In this document: positions 16,693 through 26,053 of the stretch, piece after piece
Numbering within the stretch: position 1 is the stretch's first letter
Layout of the letters: each line of letters opens with the position of its first letter
Source: an uncultured Candidatus Nitrosopelagicus sp.
Lineage (GTDB): Archaea; Thermoproteota; Nitrososphaeria; Nitrososphaerales; Nitrosopumilaceae
DNA: 44,435 nucleotides
Direction of reading: 5' to 3'
Assembly (NCBI GenBank): GCA_964557215.1
Contig: CAZKZG010000010.1
Coordinates: 1 to 44,435 of the forward strand
Notes under the pieces: model-generated
The model's database searches: none
The model's input: only the letters and a program-made list of their open reading frames with translations
What the model was told of the DNA's origin: nothing
Position numbers and translations under genes: made by a program

Positions 16693-16883
16693 TAGATTCA
16701 TATACTAATTGTTATGGTGAACAAGACGAAGGTGTAGATATTTCAGATGATCACCATGTTGGTAAAAACGATGCTACATTTCTTAGACTTCCACCAAGCG
16801 AAAAAGGTTATACAATAATGATAAGTAGAAAACAACGTATGCACTGGGTAATTGATGATAGAGATTGCCCTGTGAATTGGTAA
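16689..16883 (+). CDS. Hypothetical protein
   Basis: ATGA-coupled 64-aa ORF. Confidence 0.55.
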   Translation: MIDSYTNCYGEQDEGVDISDDHHVGKNDATFLRLPPSEKGYTIMISRKQRMHWVIDDRDCPVNW

Positions 16884-16998
16884 AAATGAATATATTTAAA
16901 AAATACCCACATTTATATGCAATAGCTATACCTGCTATATCAGTTCCAATAATGCTTGGAATAACATTCGCAGTAATGAAAATTGAGGTAGTAATAAA

Positions 16999-17175
16999 AT
17001 GAACCCAGAAGGATTCTCAGCAAAAAAAGATATTGAAAAATGGGATAATCCAGAACAGTTAAAACTCTATAAACAATTCTATGATGGTTTCAATATAGTT
17101 ATGGACTATTTTGATGAATTTCCAGAAGAAGTAAGAGAAGAATTACATGAAAAATTGGAGAAGTTAGGATTATGA
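16999..17175 (+). CDS. Small hypothetical protein (58 aa)
   Basis: GAGGT RBS; MNPEGFSAKKDIEKWDNPEQLKLYKQF... Confidence 0.55.
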   Translation: MNPEGFSAKKDIEKWDNPEQLKLYKQFYDGFNIVMDYFDEFPEEVREELHEKLEKLGL

Positions 17176-17411
17176 GTTTAAAACAAGAAATAAAAGCAAA
17201 AGAAATAGTAGAAAAAATCACAAAGGTTGATGAAAATACATACATTTTACCTTCAATATCTGATACTGCAAAAACACACACAGTAACATATCGTGATGGG
17301 ATAGAGGTTACTGGCGACTATGAATGTGATTGTTTAGGTTATCAGTATAGTGAAAACTGCTATCACATACTTGCTGTAAAAATGTTAAAACAAAAAGAGG
17401 AATCGAAATGA
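17172..17411 (+). CDS. SWIM zinc-finger protein
   Basis: YECDC-x8-CYHILAV matches SWIM CxC-xn-CxH. Confidence 0.75.
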   Translation: MSLKQEIKAKEIVEKITKVDENTYILPSISDTAKTHTVTYRDGIEVTGDYECDCLGYQYSENCYHILAVKMLKQKEESK

Positions 17412-18061
17412 GAATGAAACCAACTAAATGGAAAAATCAATTTGGTGAAGGTAATATAGGAGATAAACCCTACAGTAAATATAGTAAAAAACTGTTAGGT
17501 GGAACTGCTGGATTAACTCATACTGCTAAAAAAATAGTTGATTTATTTCCAGATATGAAACATTATGATTACTTTGTAGAACCATTTGCTGGTAAAGCTA
17601 GAACAGCAAAAATACTTATGGATAGGGGTGAACCTTTGAAGTTTGTATTAAATGACATATCAGAAAACGTAAACGAATATTGTAGAGATGTTCTCATGGG
17701 TAAATGTATGAGAGATCCTATCATTGAGAATAAATCATTTGAACAAACCATAGAGGATTATGATAGTAGGAGAACATTTTTCCTAATAGATCCTCCTTGG
17801 AGACAAATGCTTTATAAAAACAATTCATTCTTTGAATGTGACAGAACAATACCACAATACTATAGAAAATTAGTAAATGAAATACTTCCTTCTATAGAGG
17901 GTGATTGGTTTATAACATTCAATGCAGATGAACATGAATGTAGGGGTGTTCTAACAAAGTCAATATATGCAACAAAAATTGTCACAAGTGGCAAAAAGCA
18001 TATATTTGGGAAAGAAGCTAGAACACTTGTAGCAAGTAATTTGTGGGATGAAGAAAAATGA
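17408..18061 (+). CDS. Dam/D12-class adenine DNA methyltransferase (compact)
   Basis: SAM motif VEPFAG, VLNDI, catalytic FLIDPPW; very short region between motifs. Confidence 0.8.
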   Translation: MRMKPTKWKNQFGEGNIGDKPYSKYSKKLLGGTAGLTHTAKKIVDLFPDMKHYDYFVEPFAGKARTAKILMDRGEPLKFVLNDISENVNEYCRDVLMGKCMRDPIIENKSFEQTIEDYDSRRTFFLIDPPWRQMLYKNNSFFECDRTIPQYYRKLVNEILPSIEGDWFITFNADEHECRGVLTKSIYATKIVTSGKKHIFGKEARTLVASNLWDEEK

Positions 18062-18309
18062 ATTGGACAGGTAAGAAAAGACAACATAGACTAGGAACAA
18101 ATGGTGGACAACCATTTAGGAGAGGAGAGTATGGTGTAATATCAAACAAACTCACTACTTCAGGTCGTGTTGATGAAAATGGTGTCGTAGATAAAAATGC
18201 AACGTGGCTGGCGATAATTGAGAAGGCTAAGAAAGAAGAGGAAGCTCGTCTTTCTGCCTCTCGGTTAGAGTCTTCAAAAACAAAAAAGAAACATGAGGAA
18301 TCGAAATGA
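18058..18309 (+). CDS. Hypothetical basic protein
   Basis: ATGA-coupled 83-aa ORF. Confidence 0.55.
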   Translation: MNWTGKKRQHRLGTNGGQPFRRGEYGVISNKLTTSGRVDENGVVDKNATWLAIIEKAKKEEEARLSASRLESSKTKKKHEESK

Positions 18310-18533
18310 ATCGTGAAGAAGAATGGGAAAGATATAAAATGAGTAGTGTATTGAGATCAACACTTAATGACGAAGAAGAAGTTGTACATGAAATAAAATG
18401 TGGAACTTGTAATGGAATAAGTGAAGAAAATGAATTACACCTAAGAGAATGTTTTGACAATGGACATGAACCTGTATGCTATATATGTATGAATGGTCGT
18501 GGTAGTGACCCTGAGGAATTTGAGGATAGATAA
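18306..18533 (+). CDS. Zinc-finger protein
   Basis: CGTC...C...H..CYIC. Confidence 0.6.
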   Translation: MNREEEWERYKMSSVLRSTLNDEEEVVHEIKCGTCNGISEENELHLRECFDNGHEPVCYICMNGRGSDPEEFEDR

Positions 18534-18535
18534 AA

Positions 18536-19462
18536 ATGAAACAAGATAAAATAGAATTTATAAAAAGAGAAGATTTGGATGTTAGTGGTTCTATACCATT
18601 TGCTCCAATAAACTTTGATGAGTATCACTCTAATAACATTGATGTATGGGATGAATATACTGAAATGGGAAGTGAGTATCAACAAGTTCAAAGAGCTATA
18701 ATGAAAGCAAACTTTCCTTATCTAATAGAATCAGAAAAAGGTCAGGGAAAAACACTTTTAATACATACTATTTGTAAAGAAAATGGTATAGCATTAATTG
18801 AAGAACCTGTAGGCGTTGGAACAAAAAAAAGTGATTTATTAGGAAGTAAAGAAATAAATCGTGATGGAACATTGTTTAATCTAGGATTATTACCTAGGGC
18901 AATAGAAGTAGCAAATCATTATGGACACGCTTGTTTGTTTTGTGATGATGCTTCTGCACAAGAGCATGATATACAAAGATGGTGGAACCGTATATGTGAT
19001 GGTAGAAAATCAATAGTTGCTAATGGAAAACAGTTCAAATTGAAGAATAATGCAAAACTATCTATAGTGTGGGCTATAAACCCTGCAACATATGCTGGAA
19101 TAAACACACTTACAGAAGATCTTCGTTCAAGATTTATAGGTAGAGCTTGGAATTATCCTACACCAACAGAATTTGAAAAAGTCATAGATTGGGACGGAAT
19201 ATCCCATGATTTAGTGAAAGAGCCACTCCTAACACTTGTTCAAGATGTATATGCATTGAGAGTGAAAGGAGATGTGGATTATGCATTATCTGTAAGAGAT
19301 GTTGCACAATTTTGTGACCAGTTTAGATATAATATTGAAGACGAAGTTGAAAGTCCACTAGAAACAACATTAAAGGAAGTCATAATGATTAAGTTTAGCG
19401 ATGCTTCTGAACGAGAACTGATAAAAGTTAGAATAAACGATACGTTTGGGGTGAGTCTCTAA
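18536..19462 (+). CDS. MoxR/CbbQ/CobS-like AAA+ ATPase
   Basis: Walker A SEKGQGKT, SDLLG, Walker B-like LFCDD, AINPATYAG, LTEDLRSRF, LSVR. Confidence 0.85.
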   Translation: MKQDKIEFIKREDLDVSGSIPFAPINFDEYHSNNIDVWDEYTEMGSEYQQVQRAIMKANFPYLIESEKGQGKTLLIHTICKENGIALIEEPVGVGTKKSDLLGSKEINRDGTLFNLGLLPRAIEVANHYGHACLFCDDASAQEHDIQRWWNRICDGRKSIVANGKQFKLKNNAKLSIVWAINPATYAGINTLTEDLRSRFIGRAWNYPTPTEFEKVIDWDGISHDLVKEPLLTLVQDVYALRVKGDVDYALSVRDVAQFCDQFRYNIEDEVESPLETTLKEVIMIKFSDASERELIKVRINDTFGVSL

Positions 19463-19710
19463 TGGCTACTCATTCTTATTGTATAGGTCGCTGTAAAGAC
19501 TTTAAATCTAACTTAAGACATTCTCAAGGTGAAAACATTTATGATGAAAATGCTTATTGTAGGCATTGTAGAAAATATTTCTTAAAATCTCTTTTACCTT
19601 TATGTGGAAGAGCTAAATGTCCTTGTTGTGGAGGTCAAGTTAGACTTGGTGCTTCAACATCAGCAAAAAATAGAACTAAAAAAAGAAGGGAGAGTAAAAT
19701 AAATGCCTAG
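19462..19710 (+). CDS. Zinc-ribbon protein
   Basis: CIGRC, YCRHC, CPCC. Confidence 0.65.
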   Translation: MATHSYCIGRCKDFKSNLRHSQGENIYDENAYCRHCRKYFLKSLLPLCGRAKCPCCGGQVRLGASTSAKNRTKKRRESKINA

Positions 19711-21424
19711 AGATACAACACTTTTAAGTGATAAAGACCTATATGTGAAAACTGCAAACATGGTGGAACACGTAAGGAATTGTAAAATAAAAATACAATA
19801 TACACAAGGAGATAATTATTGTTCATACTTTAATGAAAAATTTAGTTTGAGACACAGATATCTTATAAATTTAGCAAACCCACCTATAAAAGGAATAACA
19901 AAGTACACAGCATTTATACATGAATTAGGTCACATACTATATCAAACACCTTTCTTTGAATGTTCACAACTATTTAAATTTGGTCGTGGTTGGAGAGAAA
20001 TAAAAGATCTTGCACATAATGTATTCAATGCATTGGAAGATCAGCGTATTGAATCACATCTATCAAGAAACTATCTTGCATATGGGAAAAGATTCTTAAC
20101 AACAAGAAAAGTCTTAGGAAGTAATATGAAAGTAAGTTCAAGTAAAGATAATCCACTTTTCATACTTTTAGCTATAAGATTTATGCGATCATCTTTAGTA
20201 AAAGACTCTAAGAATTTTAATGTCTATAAGAAAGCGATGGAAGATGTTGAGAAAACAGATAGACTTGGTGCATTACGTGTATTATTAAGACTTAGAAAAT
20301 ATCTTCAAGAATATGAAGAAGAAAGAGATAAAATATTGAGTTTACCACCAACACCTGATGATAATATAATTGCAAAAAAGGATCAATATGCAAGAGAATA
20401 CAGAGAAGAGAAACTAGAAGCAAATTGGTCAAGAGAACACCAAAAATCAAAACCGTTGTTTAGAAAATTTGGTCAAATTCCAAAAGAACTGCAAGGGCTA
20501 GAAGAGTTAACAGAAAGCCAGTTAGATGAAATAGTTTCTGAAGGAAAAGAATTAGGTGAAAGAGAATTCCAAGAAGTGAGAGAGAAACTAACTGAAACAA
20601 CAAATAAACTAAGCCCACTACCAGCAAACGTGGTGAAATTAGGAAGGGGTAAATTTAATCGTACCATACTTGACGAAGTAAAAATAGATACAACTCTTTC
20701 AAAAAGACTTCGTTCAACTTTCAAACAACTACAAACACGTAAAAAAGAAACAATAAGTGAAGACGGCTTTGATGTAGATGTTGAACATTATGTAGATAAT
20801 TTCATTACAGGTGTAAATCTTAATAATTGTTTAATAACTGATAAAGAGCAAACAGAAGCTTCAATAATAATATCTATAGATGCTTCATCTTCTATGGCAA
20901 TAAGAATGAGTTTAGTGCGAAACCTAGTAGCAACATTATTAGATTCAGTAAAAACATATAAGAACATTCATGTAAAGTGTAATGTTTGGGCAAGTGACTA
21001 TAATGGTAAGATAGGAATAACTGAAATAGAAGATATGAAGGATATAGGTAGAATCATTGTAGAAAAGAACTATTTTGCCACACCCACACATATGGGTATT
21101 GATTACTCACGAAGAATGTTGAAAGAAATGCGTGGTAGTAAGAAACTTGTTATTTTATTAACAGATGGTAGTCCAAACTACTTTTCAAATGGTCGTAGAG
21201 TTGCAAGAGATATATACTATAGAAGATGTAAAAAGGAACTTCAAAGATTGTTGGCAGTTACACCAAATGTAATATGTGTTGGAATATTAAACAACGCAAA
21301 TGCAGAAACAAGAATGAAGAAACTATTTGGGTCTAAACACGTAGTATTTGTTAATTCATTCGACTATGCAGCCGAAAAGGTTATAAAACAATTCAAACAA
21401 GTTGTATCAAATGCATTACATTAG
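19703..21424 (+). CDS. Metallopeptidase-like + vWA domain protein (CobT/NorD-like partner)
   Basis: HELGH and FNALEDQRIE in N-terminus; vWA MIDAS DASSSM, TPT, LLTDGSPN in C-terminus. Confidence 0.85.
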   Translation: MPRDTTLLSDKDLYVKTANMVEHVRNCKIKIQYTQGDNYCSYFNEKFSLRHRYLINLANPPIKGITKYTAFIHELGHILYQTPFFECSQLFKFGRGWREIKDLAHNVFNALEDQRIESHLSRNYLAYGKRFLTTRKVLGSNMKVSSSKDNPLFILLAIRFMRSSLVKDSKNFNVYKKAMEDVEKTDRLGALRVLLRLRKYLQEYEEERDKILSLPPTPDDNIIAKKDQYAREYREEKLEANWSREHQKSKPLFRKFGQIPKELQGLEELTESQLDEIVSEGKELGEREFQEVREKLTETTNKLSPLPANVVKLGRGKFNRTILDEVKIDTTLSKRLRSTFKQLQTRKKETISEDGFDVDVEHYVDNFITGVNLNNCLITDKEQTEASIIISIDASSSMAIRMSLVRNLVATLLDSVKTYKNIHVKCNVWASDYNGKIGITEIEDMKDIGRIIVEKNYFATPTHMGIDYSRRMLKEMRGSKKLVILLTDGSPNYFSNGRRVARDIYYRRCKKELQRLLAVTPNVICVGILNNANAETRMKKLFGSKHVVFVNSFDYAAEKVIKQFKQVVSNALH

Positions 21425-21436
21425 AGGTAAAAGTAA

Positions 21437-21697
21437 ATGAATCAAAAGAGTATAAGAGACAAAATGATCAAAAGGATCATGCAGTTGGAGAAGGAATTAT
21501 GGATGCCAAAGCACATACCTGCTGGCACCGAAGAAGATCCGAAACCTGCTGATATGAGAGAGTTCACACAACAAGAGATAGACGACTGTGGTTGTTCTAA
21601 CTGTAAATATCCATACGAATATTGGAATGAGAAAACAGATGAACAACTTCAGAAAGATCTATCTTCACTTGAATTTACAAAGGTGAACCCTGTATGA
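21437..21697 (+). CDS. Hypothetical protein
   Basis: GAGGT RBS; CGCSNC. Confidence 0.6.
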   Translation: MNQKSIRDKMIKRIMQLEKELWMPKHIPAGTEEDPKPADMREFTQQEIDDCGCSNCKYPYEYWNEKTDEQLQKDLSSLEFTKVNPV

Positions 21698-21972
21698 CCT
21701 TAACGGAGAGAGAACGATTCATACAACACTTTTCTACAATCTCAACAATGAGATTAATGATGGAAAAGTTTATAGTTGATACTGGTTCCTCTCCCTCCAG
21801 ATTTTTTTCTAAGGAAAGACCTGATATGGAAAGTGACTTAAAAGCTATAAGAGAAACTAGATGTAGAAAGTTATCAGATCAAGATATCTCAGATCTTTTT
21901 GAAGAATTGTCCGAAGAAGCTTTACTTGGTGGAAGTGTGCTTCAAGAAATGTTAGAAGAGAATTATAAGTAA
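21694..21972 (+). CDS. Hypothetical protein
   Basis: GGTGA RBS, ATGA overlap. Confidence 0.6.
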   Translation: MTLTERERFIQHFSTISTMRLMMEKFIVDTGSSPSRFFSKERPDMESDLKAIRETRCRKLSDQDISDLFEELSEEALLGGSVLQEMLEENYK

Positions 21973-22003
21973 CACTTATATTAGTTACAAGTAAATTATA
22001 ATT

Positions 22004-22225
22004 ATGTGTAAAAACGTATGTAATACATTTAAGAGAAAATCTTATTTGGAAAAGAATCACTATTGCCAAGACTGTGCAAAGTTTATACCATATAGATTTC
22101 TTTTCAAGGAAAAGAAAACTCATGGAAGACTAAGATGCAGTTGTTGTCATGGTTTGGTTAGAACAAAACCTAAAATGCTTTCTCAAAGCAAAAACACCTC
22201 CGTAATGAAATTGAAGTTTACTTAA
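22004..22225 (+). CDS. Zinc-ribbon protein, paralogous pattern to 19462..19710
   Basis: MCKNVC, YCQDC, CSCC-x3-VR; own TATA upstream. Confidence 0.65.
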   Translation: MCKNVCNTFKRKSYLEKNHYCQDCAKFIPYRFLFKEKKTHGRLRCSCCHGLVRTKPKMLSQSKNTSVMKLKFT

Positions 22226-22763
22226 TAGTAAACTCTTTTCTATTATTTGTTATATCGGTTATATCAACACCAATAAAAGGCATTGTTTTAAACCTAGATA
22301 TCTTTCTTCTAAATATTTTTGTTTTACCCTCTGTCACTCTATCATGTACTTCTGAACTAAAAAATTTTCTAGAGTCACCTGCTTTACCATGAAAATCATT
22401 ATGTCTCATTTTAACAATCTTATCTGGATAATAAACCATTAAAATCATATGTGCTAACTCATGGCAAATAACATTCATATTTTGCATTGTGTATAATGAA
22501 TTTTTATTATCTTCTATATAACAAATAATTTTTTCTTTCATTGTTACTCCATGTGGTATGGAAAAATCTAATTCTTCTGCTCTTGGGTCATTACTATAAA
22601 ATGAAACATCATAATCACTTGTTTTTTTAATAACTATTTCCCATTTATCTTGTTTTAAAAGTCTTTTATGATCTTTATAGTTATAATGTTCATAAATATA
22701 AAATAAAATTAATTGTTCATATAATTTTTTGTCTATTTTATCTGTTGTAAACTCAATATTCAT
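22218..22763 (-). CDS. Zincin-like metallopeptidase
   Basis: HELAH motif; start reassigned to MNIEF. Confidence 0.6.
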   Translation of the reverse strand: MNIEFTTDKIDKKLYEQLILFYIYEHYNYKDHKRLLKQDKWEIVIKKTSDYDVSFYSNDPRAEELDFSIPHGVTMKEKIICYIEDNKNSLYTMQNMNVICHELAHMILMVYYPDKIVKMRHNDFHGKAGDSRKFFSSEVHDRVTEGKTKIFRRKISRFKTMPFIGVDITDITNNRKEFTIK

Positions 22764-22764
22764 A

Positions 22765-23022
22765 CTAATGTTTAAGATGTGGGTTCTTATTATATCTTTC
22801 TGCACGTTTTTCAAAGAAACGCCTAAAACAATATGATCTAATTAATGAAACACCTGTATAAACCAATCCAATTATTATGGCAGTTGTGAATATTTGATTT
22901 GATATATCTTCAACAAAAAATGGTAAGAAATATAGATTAAGCAATAATGATATAATATATCCCACACTAACACTAATAATTGTCTCAATGGCAGAATTTA
23001 CTTTACTTTGCGACACTACCAT
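22765..23022 (-). CDS. Small membrane protein
   Basis: QSKxxSxxE start, two TM helices, RSYCFRRFF end: a common viral membrane-protein pattern. Confidence 0.65.
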   Translation of the reverse strand: MVVSQSKVNSAIETIISVSVGYIISLLLNLYFLPFFVEDISNQIFTTAIIIGLVYTGVSLIRSYCFRRFFEKRAERYNKNPHLKH

Positions 23023-23153
23023 ACACTTCCTTTATCAGAACAATCCATATGAGCCCCACAATTTGGACATCTTAAATGACATGGTTGTAATTCTTCCATA
23101 AGAAACCCACATTGTTCACACACTTCGCTTGTTTTTTTACTACTTCCACTCAT
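23016..23153 (-). CDS. Zinc-finger micro-protein (45 aa)
   Basis: MSGSSKKTSEVCEQCGFLMEELQPCHLRCPNCGAHMDCSDKGSVW. Confidence 0.65.
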   Translation of the reverse strand: MSGSSKKTSEVCEQCGFLMEELQPCHLRCPNCGAHMDCSDKGSVW

Positions 23154-23692
23154 ACCTCATTCCCCCATACGTCCCATTTATACGTTTCGTTCCTTGCAAA
23201 CATTTCTAGGCGTGGTAAATCACCACAAAGTTCTATTATTTTATCTCTCACAATATCAGGTTTTTTTGAATGTTCAGCTCTCGGTTCCATTAAAACACTT
23301 GATACTGAATTACTCTCTATTGGTGGTTTTCCTTTTACTCCAATTAAACAACACTCACAATTTGATTTTGTATAATGACCTATACCAAAGAATGGTTTTT
23401 TATTTTTTTTATTGAGTTTTATCCACGAAAAGCCTAAAGTCTTATATTTAAACCCCCATGCTTTTATTACATCTAAACCTTCTTGCAAATTAGGAAATGT
23501 TGTCCAAAGAAATAACATACAATCATCATCTGCTACATCATTAACAGGTAAGTTTTTTATATCTTCTATTGACATTGTGTTGTAATGAACGGTTGCACCC
23601 CCACATAATCTTGGGTGTTTATCTCGTTTATCTTTGTAGCTCCACGGAGGATCTGCATATATGATTTTATATTTTTTAGTTGGAAAGTCTAT
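23150..23692 (-). CDS. MT-A70 family N6-adenine methyltransferase
   Basis: Frame extends upstream of the track start to KYKIIYADPPW; also LFLWTT, WGFKY, HSKKPD, RLEMFAR, WGNE. Confidence 0.85.
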   Translation of the reverse strand: MDFPTKKYKIIYADPPWSYKDKRDKHPRLCGGATVHYNTMSIEDIKNLPVNDVADDDCMLFLWTTFPNLQEGLDVIKAWGFKYKTLGFSWIKLNKKNKKPFFGIGHYTKSNCECCLIGVKGKPPIESNSVSSVLMEPRAEHSKKPDIVRDKIIELCGDLPRLEMFARNETYKWDVWGNEV

Positions 23693-23942
23693 TTTGTTTC
23701 ACCCTTGCTATTATTGCTAACGTCACACCTATTATTGGAATTAGTTCTAATAAATCAATTCCGTATAATAAGAAATCTGTTATTGGGTGTATTCCAAATA
23801 ACCCCACATTACCATCAAAAAAGCACTCGGCAGCACTTATTGTGTGAGGTATCTGTAAATAAAGAATGAATGCACTTAGAGCCAATGACTCTGTTAGGTG
23901 CCTATCATACCATTTGAAGAAATTACCCACGAACTCAAGCAT
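23676..23942 (-). CDS. Small membrane protein
   Basis: Two hydrophobic segments. Confidence 0.6.
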   Translation of the reverse strand: MLEFVGNFFKWYDRHLTESLALSAFILYLQIPHTISAAECFFDGNVGLFGIHPITDFLLYGIDLLELIPIIGVTLAIIARVKQNRLSN

Positions 23943-23988
23943 ATTAAAATACCATCAATCTTAATAATAAGTCTTTCTAAAGTTAGGT

Positions 23989-24234
23989 ATGCCTGACTTG
24001 AAAATGGAACTTAAATGTAGTCAAAGCGATAATAGGGGAATCTATTATGCTGAAACAAAAAGAGCTATGATATATCTTGCTATGCATGAATCATTAGATG
24101 ATTTATATAAGACTATAGATCATGAAACTTACCATCATTGTTTCAATGAAAATGGTGAAACAGATGGTATGGACGAGCATATGGAAGAACGTGTTATCTA
24201 TTGTTTACAATGGGCAAGATTTGATCTTATTTAA
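23989..24234 (+). CDS. Minimal zincin-like protein
   Basis: RGIY...TIDHETYH...EE pattern. Confidence 0.6.
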   Translation: MPDLKMELKCSQSDNRGIYYAETKRAMIYLAMHESLDDLYKTIDHETYHHCFNENGETDGMDEHMEERVIYCLQWARFDLI

Positions 24235-24676
24235 TTAAATCATGTTTTCTAAGAAAGAACATAACTTCTTCCATTGAGTCTTCATTAACTATATCTTTCC
24301 AAAGAGTTGGGCACTCTTGATGAGGTAAATCTACAACCTGACAGCCATTCCACTCTAACATTTGGCGTTGAACTACATCTTGTGAGGTTTTCAATATACT
24401 ATCATGGTGTTTATCTTGTATTCTGAACACTATTGTTGGTTTTACAGGTCTAAAAACAACAATATCAAGTGTTTCTTTCTTTTGTCTTTCTGATAAAGTA
24501 TCAAGAAAATCACCTTTCATTAATTTTGCAAATAAATATTGTATTTTATACTCACACTCTTCACCAAAAACTGTCTTTAAAATAGATAGGGCTGCACGTT
24601 CACCCTGACCTATAAATCTATCATCAATATTATCTATTTTTTTAAGTTCAGAATCTCCCATCACTTCTACTTTCAT
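24227..24676 (-). CDS. PD-(D/E)xK / Vsr-like endonuclease
   Basis: GE, TLDIVV, RIQDKHH, D-x4-QMLEWNG pattern. Confidence 0.55.
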   Translation of the reverse strand: MKVEVMGDSELKKIDNIDDRFIGQGERAALSILKTVFGEECEYKIQYLFAKLMKGDFLDTLSERQKKETLDIVVFRPVKPTIVFRIQDKHHDSILKTSQDVVQRQMLEWNGCQVVDLPHQECPTLWKDIVNEDSMEEVMFFLRKHDLIK

Positions 24677-24983
24677 TTGTGACTCTAATAAGCCTTTCGT
24701 AGTTTTCTTTTTTAAACATTTTCAACATTTCAACGACTTTATGATGTTTTTTACAAAGTAGGGCAAATCTGTTTGGGTCTTTTTTGATTATTGGAAGAAC
24801 ATATTCATTATAAGCATATGTATCTTTAAAATCAGAATAAATCTTATCACCTGTTAAGTATTTTTTATGATGAAATACAAAATACTTACCAAATTTTCTA
24901 TGACAAACGGCACATTTTAAGTCAAATTGTGGCATAGATGCTACTTCACGCTTTAATTTATTAACAATATCTCTCTTACTCAT
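24648..24983 (-). CDS. HNH endonuclease-like protein
   Basis: CAVC, FHH, LLCKKHH. Confidence 0.65.
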   Translation of the reverse strand: MSKRDIVNKLKREVASMPQFDLKCAVCHRKFGKYFVFHHKKYLTGDKIYSDFKDTYAYNEYVLPIIKKDPNRFALLCKKHHKVVEMLKMFKKENYERLIRVTNESRSDGRF

Positions 24984-26053
24984 TCAGGGTCAACAAGACC
25001 TTTTTCGGTCAAGATATATTCTGCATCAGCTTGTGCGTGTTCAGGGCTATCTACCATACGAGCAAGTCTTTTCTTACCTGATTTCTTAAAGTATATTCTA
25101 TATGTAGAAGCATGAGCTACCACATTACCTCCAATAGGTTTTATTGGATCACCAAACATCATACTAGGATCTGATTGAACTTGGTTTGTAAATACTACAG
25201 GGCATCTAAAATAAAATGATATATTCTTAATATGTGTCATTAACCTTGCTATCTGCATTTGTCTTTCAGCAAGTGTCCCTCTACCAAGATATTCTTCTCT
25301 AAATTGACCTATTGCACCATCAAGTACAACTAATGTTGGTTTCTTTTCAAGCATTAAAGGTGATAACCCATTTATAGTTCCAAGTAATTGTTCAGTATTT
25401 GGAGTATAAAGATATGTTATCTTATTAAGTAATTCTTTGGCTTCATCTTCTTCTATTTCATTTCTTGCCATAAGTATTTCAACTATCCTTCTAGGTTTAA
25501 ATGTGTCTTCACAATCTATCCAAACAACATTACCTCCATTTGTAATCGTTTCACAAGTTAGTGAGTTACAAAATTGTGTTTTACCAGCACCAAACTCTCC
25601 ATATATTTCATATGTTGCTTCAGGTCTTACACCACCACCCATTAAATTATCAACTTCAGAACACTTAGTTGGTATGGTTGGAAGATTTTCATGGTAATCC
25701 ATTAAGTCCATAACTCCCATATCTGATTTTCTAATTAAATTATTATCTTCTAATAGTTTTTGTGCTTTAAATACCCAAGTATCACAAGTTGCTTTACTAA
25801 CACTTGTTATTTCAGATACTTCTCTTGAACCTCTAACACAAATATCTATTAAATTAGTTACTCCAAATGTTTCTAATTTCTTTTGAGTAACAGCACCAAC
25901 ACCGTCTAATTGTGACACAGATAAATCTAACTCAGGCTCTGCATCATTGAGATCTCCAGAAGGAAGATCATCTATAACTAACTCTTCACCTACGGTTGTT
26001 GTTTCTTCTTTCTTTTTTTTCATTTCATCATCATATACGTTTATAGCTTCCAT
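24980..26053 (-). CDS. radA: Archaeal-type RadA recombinase
   Basis: N-terminal HhH (LDGVG), GEFGAGKTQ, WIDCEDTFKP, EYLGRGTLAERQ, TNQV, PIGGNVVAHASTYR, ARMVDSP. Confidence 0.95.
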   Translation of the reverse strand: MEAINVYDDEMKKKKEETTTVGEELVIDDLPSGDLNDAEPELDLSVSQLDGVGAVTQKKLETFGVTNLIDICVRGSREVSEITSVSKATCDTWVFKAQKLLEDNNLIRKSDMGVMDLMDYHENLPTIPTKCSEVDNLMGGGVRPEATYEIYGEFGAGKTQFCNSLTCETITNGGNVVWIDCEDTFKPRRIVEILMARNEIEEDEAKELLNKITYLYTPNTEQLLGTINGLSPLMLEKKPTLVVLDGAIGQFREEYLGRGTLAERQMQIARLMTHIKNISFYFRCPVVFTNQVQSDPSMMFGDPIKPIGGNVVAHASTYRIYFKKSGKKRLARMVDSPEHAQADAEYILTEKGLVDPE

